A stretch of DNA of 64,000 bases, taken from Chrysomallon squamiferum (taxonomy: Eukaryota; Animalia; Mollusca). Under the pieces are notes generated by a model, which ran no database searches, had not been told where the DNA came from, and saw only the letters and a list, made by a program, of their open reading frames with translations. The DNA lies in contig CM022677.1 of assembly GCA_012295275.1 (NCBI GenBank), positions 186,001 to 250,000 of the forward strand, written 5' to 3'. The position numbers were made by a program, and so were the translations under genes. Positions 55,830 to 64,000 of this stretch are shown in pieces. How positions within the stretch are numbered: position 1 is the first letter of the stretch; the number at the start of each line of letters is the position of its first letter.

Positions 55830-56467
55830 AGTTGAAAGTCTACGGTCCATCTGGCGGGCACGTTGTCAAAATTCAAATAAAATCAAGAGGATGAGGTATG
55901 CGAAGGCACTGACAGAGGAAGAAATTGTCAAGAGGTATGAAGAAGAGTTGGCAGAGAAGAAGAAAAAGGTGGAAGAAAAGGCAAAGAAATGAAAGGTTTT
56001 AGAGGCAACATTACGACAACAAAAATAGAAGATATCAAAGTCAAAACGGCAGTTCAATTTGAATGCTACAGCAGGATGCAGTCAAAGAAAACGCTGATGG
56101 TGATGAGCCTGAACTAGAAGTCAGAGATGTAGTAGATACACAAGAAAAATGTGAACTCTGTGGCAGAGTTGATGATGAAACGAATTCCGACCAGCTGATA
56201 GGAAGTGACGGGTGCCCAAATTGGAATTGTCTTGATTCTTGCGCAAATTTCGAAATCGCAGCTGGTGCAGACTTTAAAGATATTGTATTCTTGTGTGATA
56301 TTTGTCAAAGAGTTTAGTTTATTGAAGTTTTGAATGTGACTTGTATTATGATTAGGACTAATTATTATTTGTAGTAAGTAATGATAATATAGCAATAATC
56401 AGTACAACAAATTTGAGGACCAAATTACTCATGAATGTGTGGGCCAGAATTACCCCACCTTACACTA
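55830..56467 (+). mobile_element. 3' end of a pogo/DDE-1-like transposon: basic coiled tail, degenerate PHD finger and right TIR
   Basis: RYAKALTEEEIVKRYEEELAEKKKKVEEKAKK*, then CELCGRVDDETNSDQLIGSDGCPNWNCLDSC..FLCDICQ (PHD-like). Terminus GGCCAGAATTACCCCACCTTACAC-TA resembles pogo-type TIRs. Confidence 0.6.
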
Positions 56468-57820
56468 TAGTATTTGTTTATTTCTGTTTAATGTAACTGT
56501 TTCTTTATAATAAATATATGCATGAATTAATCATTCGATTTCCTTTCTTAATCTTTTCTTTTTCCCTTGTTTCAGTATTCTTTCTTAATTATTATTTTAT
56601 TTATCATTTTAAGTAGTATTATTGCAATTAGTGTTGTTTTCATCGTTAGTGTCGTTACGTCAGTATTACTGTCGTCATTATAAAGAAAGAAACAATTATC
56701 AACAAATAAACAGATAGAGAGATAGACACACACATACACAGACACACACACATAGGAAAGAAATAGTTTGGTATACGTGTTTGCCTTAGAGGATAGTTAT
56801 ATATATATATATATATATATATTTATGTTGACATCAGTGAGACGGTGTTTATGGATGTAGTTAAATAATAGACAGGTAGATACTTTGATGAATATAGAGA
56901 TAGATAGACATTTAGTAAATTAAATCGTAAATTCTGTCCAGCGTTCTCAAATTACCGTCAGAAAACTACGCTCATAGAAACTAAATATGATATTTATGTC
57001 ATTAATTCTCAAGGTATTAATATAAATTGCTGCGATTCCGTTAAGGTAGATTTTAAAGTTATACTATTCTGTTCCTTAAAGTTTTGTAGAAGACGTATGG
57101 ATAGGCATGTTGTTGCTTTTTTGCTTTTTAATGATATAACTTACAAATTATAATATTAATACAGTAGACATCAACTAGTAGAATAAAATGTAACTGTAAG
57201 TGAAATTATCAGTATTGTTTATGATGCAAAATAAAGGTAAAACAGTAAAACATCACGTTATTTTCACTCAATATCAATTTATAATATAAACGTCGCTGGT
57301 TTTATATATAAAACGTGAATTACGTCGCGTTTTACAAAACAGAAAACTTCGCTTATCTCTGTGAATTTTTATTTTAATGTCGTTTGCAAAGCAAACTCAA
57401 ATTTGGTGATTCAAGTAAAGTATAACTTCTCACGTGTTCAGTATTAATTTTTATTATTTTTATTCTTTTTGTAGAGAAGAAACTGTAATTCAGTTTAAGA
57501 GAAAAATATTGTCACAATAGAGTGGCTTCCCCTGTATATCTAGCCATTAAATTATTTATTTCTGAATTTACAAGTCGAGTGCTGAATGCCACTATAAAAT
57601 TAACAGGTCAGATCCAGATTAAAGTGATATTTGATTAACAGCAGTACAGATTTCACTAAAAAGCTCTGTGTGATGCTGAAAACTGAGCTTTTACTTTTTA
57701 AGAATCCATTCATTTTTGTTGATACGTCGATGATAAATGATGTCAACATGAGCGCAGTTTTCACAGCGACATTTACTGTTATCAAGATTATTCTTGAAAA
57801 GCCGATATTCCTTTAACTGA

Positions 57821-57865
<45 letters not shown>

Positions 57866-59220
57866 GGTTATGATGCAAATCAAAGGTAAACATAATAAAA
57901 TATCGATGTAAGCAGTGTTTTTTTTTTTACTAAGATGGAACGTAATTTCCGCTCAGTCTGTTTAGTCGTATAAACTGCACAGCTGGTACTAATTAAAAAC
58001 GTAAATTCTGTCGAGCAGTCTCAAATTATCTTCAGAAAACTACCAAATTAAATATGAAATTATACACAGAAATTAATGATTAACTGGTATAATATTGGTT
58101 ACCGTATTTAAAAATATGATTTATTTGAAAGGCCCTCTGTATTTCTCAACCACAAAAATATATAAATAAATAAATAAATAAATAAATAAATGTATAGTTT
58201 TATAAAATTTGTTTTAGAGAGCGATGAAAAGATATTATCAGTAGTAAACAATTAAAAAAAGAAGCATTAAGCTTATCCAGCAGCGCAGTTTATAAAGCAA
58301 AATGTAGAATCAGGAAAAATAATATGATATTTTATATTTCGAATTCTTCTCCTTTTCCTGTATTTTTTATTTAACAGTGTCTGCGCCTCGGAAACTTGTT
58401 TTACATGGTGGACTGTAAAATTGATGACATAATCGAGATGCACAAAGATATAGATAGAACAATAATAATAATAACTAGTTTGGACTGTTCATAGAGAGAA
58501 GCAGGCGGCAACAGAAAAATTGTTAAAACTGTGTAGAAATTATGGATTGCTAGAGAAACACACGAACAGATGTGGATATATATGTATTGGCTGTTAGAAA
58601 AAGAAAATGGGTACATTTATATATATATATATGTATGTATGTAAGTTGTGTGTGAGTGTATGTGTATATGTGTGTACTGAAGGAAATTAGAATTTTTGTG
58701 TTATCTGAGGTATACGTATGTAGGAGAAATTGATGCAGACATAGATACAGAGAGAAAGACAGACAGATGTGAATGTGAATGTGAAAGGATGAGTTGGTAC
58801 TTACATGTTATCTGTGAGAAAGAGTTAATGTGTTTGTTGTCAAATAACTTTTGTAAGTGAAATACAATGTTGTTGTTTATGTATAAATAAATACAAGTTC
58901 CAAGTGTTTTGATTGTTGTTTTGTTTTAAAAAAATGAACAGAAAAATGATATACAATAAGATATAAGATATAAGATATAAAACAATAAGATATAAAAACA
59001 GAATTATTAATTGGATTATTTTAATGATTTATTCTTGTATTATTGTCTTGATTTTGAATTATTAACATTAAAATATATTTTTAGATAGCTGAAATTAATC
59101 AGATTAAAAAAATAATTTTAGCACCTATTAAAACCAAGTTTTTTTAAAATACATTTGCTGTCATTTTTATTTTAAAGAAATGAAAATGAAATTATGTATG
59201 TCTATAATAATAATAATAAC

Positions 59221-59260
<40 letters not shown>

Positions 59261-59787
59261 TTAAAGAATTAAACATTAATTTGCTTGATTATGGCGTCAT
59301 TATGACAGCCTATGACAGTAAAATAAAAGTAAAATGGGTTCATAGTACAAAATCTTAAAGGCATATGTCACTATAATTTAGTATTAGAATTCATTGTTAA
59401 AAAGGTGGTGTTTAGTTTTGTCTTAAAATGTTATTGTAATTATATTTCTTATTTAACAAACTTCAGTTTGATTAGTAACATCATGCAGAGTGATCTTGAC
59501 TGCTCAAAATTTATATGAAAAATTCATTGTTTTTATTCAAGGGACAAATCGAAGTTTTTAGCAAAATAGGAATTTTACAATAATTAATTAAGTAATAATA
59601 ATAACTCAAATAAACAAACAAATAATGGAAATTGGCTCTTTATAAAATGTTGGAGTAAATACATGGTACTATTGAAATATTTTGCTCTAAATCATTTTAA
59701 AGAATTAGCTAAATTCATCTAAATGTAGCAAATCAAATTTATCTTGACTAACTTTAACGTGTTTGTAAATATACAAAAAAGACTGAG

Positions 59788-59836
<49 letters not shown>

Positions 59837-60819
59837 TATATATATAAATATATATATATATAAATAATGATTATGTCACATGATCTTTTGCTAGTTGATA
59901 ACAAATACACAAGACGTTGATCAATATATACATAATAAAAATAAAAACACGCAAAGACTATTCTTTCGTTATTTTTGTTTTAAATTATTTGAATGTGCCT
60001 TAACAATTTTAATGTTAAGAAACTGAAACAATTTCAGAAATATTTTCCATTTTTATTATTGTTTTTAGATAAGATGCAATGAGTTTGAATTTGCAAATTA
60101 TCAGGATTTAAGACAGTTAAGAACAAATACAATTTTCTTTTTTAAAAATATTTGTACTGCCACCCATTTATGTAACATAAGCTGGTTATATTTTATTGTT
60201 AGGCAAAAACTCCAAACATTACTAAAAATATTTAAAGTACTGAATTTGCATAATCTTACAATATCTCTTAGAATAAAAAATGAAAATTTGAATCTGTAAT
60301 TTGAATTTTTGTACAAACAAATAAGCTTTAATTTTCATGCAGCTTAAAAATATATTAAATACCAAATTGTACTTCATTTTTTAAAGAGATTAATATTATT
60401 TTCTTTTCTTTTATTTATTTATTTATTTAATTATTTTTTTTCCTAGTTTGTTAATTGAATTAAAGAGAAAATACAGATTTGAAAATAATTGGAAGACATT
60501 TCCATTTGCACCTTTTTTAACAAATTTTTTAAATGTTTCCAAAATGTAAAGAGCAAATTATAAAATACTCGGAAAAATTTCATTTATGTACATTTTTTCT
60601 CTTATTTTTTAATTTTAATTTCTTTTATTGTTTTTAAATTATTAATTCCTATTTTTAAAAGATTCCTTACTGAAATAATTCTATTATTCTTTCTAAAATG
60701 GGAAAGGCAAATTATAAAAACTGGCAGAAATGTCTAAACAGAAATAAATGAATATTTAAGTTTTACTATCTAGCCAGGTTTTTAAGTAATTTCAACCTGA
60801 AGATCCATAATTACATAAT

Positions 60820-61180
60820 TTTAAAAATATTTAGACAATGATTACCCCCAGCAAACCCTTGATTTCCCTGGATTTAAATAATAAGAAAACAAAATCCTTT
60901 TTTTATTTTATAAAAAATTCAGATTACCCCTAATTACATAATCTTCAATTTTGATTTTCCTCTGATTTAAATAATATTAAAATAAAATATTTAATTACCC
61001 CTAATTGCATAATTTTTCCCCTGATTGAAATATATTAAAAAAAGATGTTTTCTTGTTTGTTTTTTATAAAAAAATACTAATTATCCCTAATTACGTAATA
61101 TTCAGTTATATTTACATTGATTACCCCCAGCAAGCCCGTGATTCCCCTGATTTAAATAATAATAAAGAAAAAGAGAAGAA
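60820..61180 (+). repeat. Degenerate local repeat (ATTACCCCTAATTACATAAT / GATT(T)CCCCTGATTTAAATAATAA units)
   Basis: Four to five imperfect copies inside the right-arm-specific segment. Confidence 0.65.
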
Positions 61181-62944
61181 ATGTTTTTTGTGTACTTTTT
61201 TTTTTTTTTTTTTTATAAAACATTCTAATTACTTCTAATTACAAAATTTATCATATTCATTTTAGCTTATTTACAAATATGGCATTCCATAGCAATGATG
61301 AATCTCCATTCATCTTTCAGCAAAAAGGTTAAAATAACCAAGCACACATCAAAGATAAAAACAGTGCAAGCTGCTATGAAGTACAATGTGTACACTGGAT
61401 GTTCTCATCACATTGACAATGCAGTCTCTTGGAGATCACTGAGTTATCAAAATTCTAATTACATTTCAGACAGATTTTCTCTTGAAAGACTGTGATGTAA
61501 TAGCTTTCTGGTGAATCTTTTCTGAAAATGGGTCTTACAACATTTTCCACTGAAGTGCTGGCTAAGGCAGCTTGAATCTGTTGTCTAGGATCCTACAACA
61601 AAATATGATATTCATTAATAAACAAAACATAAAATAAAGTGAAAGAAGCATTTGTTGTGAGCTCTAACTGCATTTCACTGTCTTATCAAGAAGAATTTGA
61701 TCCAAATTTGTATTTTTTCCATACAATTTAAAATTAAAATAATTTATTAAAGGTTTTTATATTCTTAATTTCAATCAGATTAATATTGTAAGTATCTTTC
61801 ACCAGTATTAAATCTATCTTTTTTCTGAGATATTAAAAATAGCAAATTACAAATTTATACAATTGTTCTGTTCACTGCTCTATTAGGCTGGCATGTAAAT
61901 TATTACATTGATTCTGTACTAGCTAAACTTAACATCATTTAAAATATCAAGCAAATAGGGTTGCTTTATGAAATATTTATATAAAATTATCAGTACATAA
62001 AAATAAGACATCAAAGAAGACAAACAGTGTAAATATTTAAATTTAATTAATTGTTAATTTAATCAGAAGAAAAAAGATAAATGCAGTTGAACACATTTGA
62101 CTTAAGCATGAATACAAAATGAATTAGTACATTTAAATAGCTATATTGTTATTTCTAAAACTGATTAATAAACCTGATATAATTAATAAGTAAAACCATT
62201 TTGAGAACAATGTAAAGTTAATGAAGAAATAAAATGTGGGAAGACAAAACAAAATATGTTACTGATCAATGAAAACACAACATATACTATATCCTTTTAC
62301 AATCCTTCTCAGGGCTTTTGCTTTTTGTTTTAAAGAAAAACAAAATTGTTGATATTTTCTAGCTATCCATTATTATTTATAGTCCAGATAAGATGGAAAC
62401 ACATGAGTGAGACCTACTAAAAATAAAAAAGTAAAGTGCTGCAATCCACAGAAGCTTGGAATTTCCTAAACAAACAGTTCTACAGATTTCCTAAAATCAC
62501 TCATCTAGATCCATTACTAAAATACACCATTAATGTAAATGAAATAACAATAAATCATTTCTTGATCATATTTCAGAATCTGAATAAAACAAAGTTGAAC
62601 TTAAAAATACTGAAACATAAATAAATCCTAGTGAAAACATTAAATTATCTCTCAAAATGCTCTTTTATATATTACATGCAAATAGTAATAAATACAAAAT
62701 ACAAAATAAAAGATTATACTTTATAAGTGCAGATCACTTAATAACTCAAAACAATATTATTTGCTTGAGTATTATTTTGAATAGATTACTCACCACCAAA
62801 CATAAAACTAATCTTTATGACATTCTTGTCACTGTAGGAGCAACACACATAAACTAGGTGTGTACCTTGTACTTGGTACAGGGCTGGGAGACCTACTGCA
62901 CTGGGGTAACAGTGATTTACAAAATAAAATACCAAAATGGCTTT

Positions 62945-63813
62945 TCTATTAGTAGTCTGCATAGAATATCAGCTCAGACAGTGCGCAATCGTATTCAAGC
63001 CAGACAGCCTGTAAGAAGAGTGGTTTTGACTCAACAACATCGTTGACTATGACATCAGTGGTGTCAATGTCAGATCTGGCCTCAGTTACGATGGAGAACT
63101 GTCTGGTTTAGTGACGAGGCTTGATTTCTGCTTCGTCGAGCTGATGGAAGATGTCGAGTTTATAGACATCGTGGTGAACGTTTTGCTGCAAACTGCATAC
63201 AGGAAGCAGACAGATTTGGCGGTGGTAGTTTGATGGTGTGAGCAGCAATCTCATACACTGGCAGGACCAACCTGGTTCACATCCAAGGCAACTTAATGGC
63301 ACAGAGATACCGAGATGAAATTTTGCAGCCATATGTCACTCCAGTTATGAATAATGGTACACTGTATTCCAGTACAACAATGCGAGACCACATACAGCCA
63401 GACTCACTACAGCGTACCTACACAACAATAATATTCAGGTCCTGCCCTGGCTCTCTAAATCTCCGGATTTGAACCATTATGAAAATGTATGGGATGAGTT
63501 GGATAGACAACTGAGGCAGATAAACCACAGCCACAGAATCGTGCTCAGTTGGCATTATTACTACAGACATAGTGGGCCACCATTCCACATTACTGCCATG
63601 GGAAGGAGATGTCAGGCAGTTCTGGACTCCCATGGCTAGCACACAAGGTATTGCTATTATACTGTTATAAGCTTGAACTTTAACCTTTTCAATATGAATA
63701 AATTGTGAAAGTGTGTGTAAAATCTGAACATTCTGCAGCTTTCTGTTGATCCATTAGATAGATATTCCCAATGTCAATAAAATCTACTTTTGCATTTCTT
63801 TTTCGTTAGAGTA
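62945..63813 (+). mobile_element. Tc1/mariner (DD34E-type) transposon remnant, right-arm copy
   Basis: WFSDEA*F..GRFGGGSLMV*AAISYTGRTNLVHIQGNLMAQRYRDEILQP..VFQYNNARPHTARLTTAYLHNNNIQVLPWLSKSPDLNHYENVWDELDRQLR. TIR TGC(A/G)TTTCTTTTTCGTTAGAGTA-TA at the 3' end. Confidence 0.92.
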
Positions 63814-64000
63814 TATTATAATTTAGAAAATTCACTTTTCTTTTGAAAAGCAAGTGACTGTCATGAACACAATTAAAAACTAATTATTTGCTTGGACAGG
63901 TATACACTTTTAAATGAGGTAATAAGAATAACAAATAATAATAAAAATAAACAGCCATTTATAATATTTATTCAAAAACTATTTATAATCTGTTTTTCCA

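Larger units (their letters stand above)
56914..64000 (-). repeat. Right arm of the large inverted duplication (partner 26132-31021); carries about 2 kb (59532-61519) absent from the left arm and runs off the window
   Basis: Continuous reverse-complement similarity except at the indels. The left-arm junction CCATTTTCAGAAA|CAATGAATTTTT|CAGTTTGTTAAATAAG near 28621-28661 joins sequences that lie apart in this arm. Confidence 0.95.

Overview
Very AT-rich, microsatellite-dense animal genomic DNA with GT-AG introns. The repeat and gene families suggest a mollusc, probably a gastropod (inference). There is a 200-N scaffold gap at 41163-41362. One gene looks intact: a minus-strand, two-coding-exon RING / coiled-coil / NHL-like beta-propeller (TRIM-like) gene without B-boxes (5042-3153). 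The window opens with two exons of an MCC (mutated in colorectal cancer) homologue that loses its usual C-terminus. The rest is a dense mosaic of intron-containing, stop- and frameshift-damaged fragments of unrelated genes: CAMSAP/Patronin (two copies, one with scrambled order), IRAG/LRMP, a second TRIM copy, calcium-binding EGF exons, TSP1 repeats, and weaker cadherin-, CCN-, ZP- and SEA-like pieces. These are mixed with DNA-transposon remnants (Tc1, a MULE with coding minisatellite expansions, a pogo-like PHD element, a Harbinger-like MITE, a Tigger-like MITE) and SINE remnants. A large inverted duplication (about 26.1-31.0 kb vs 56.9-64.0 kb) spans the gap. All protein identifications come from manual translation and remembered family motifs; no database search was run.
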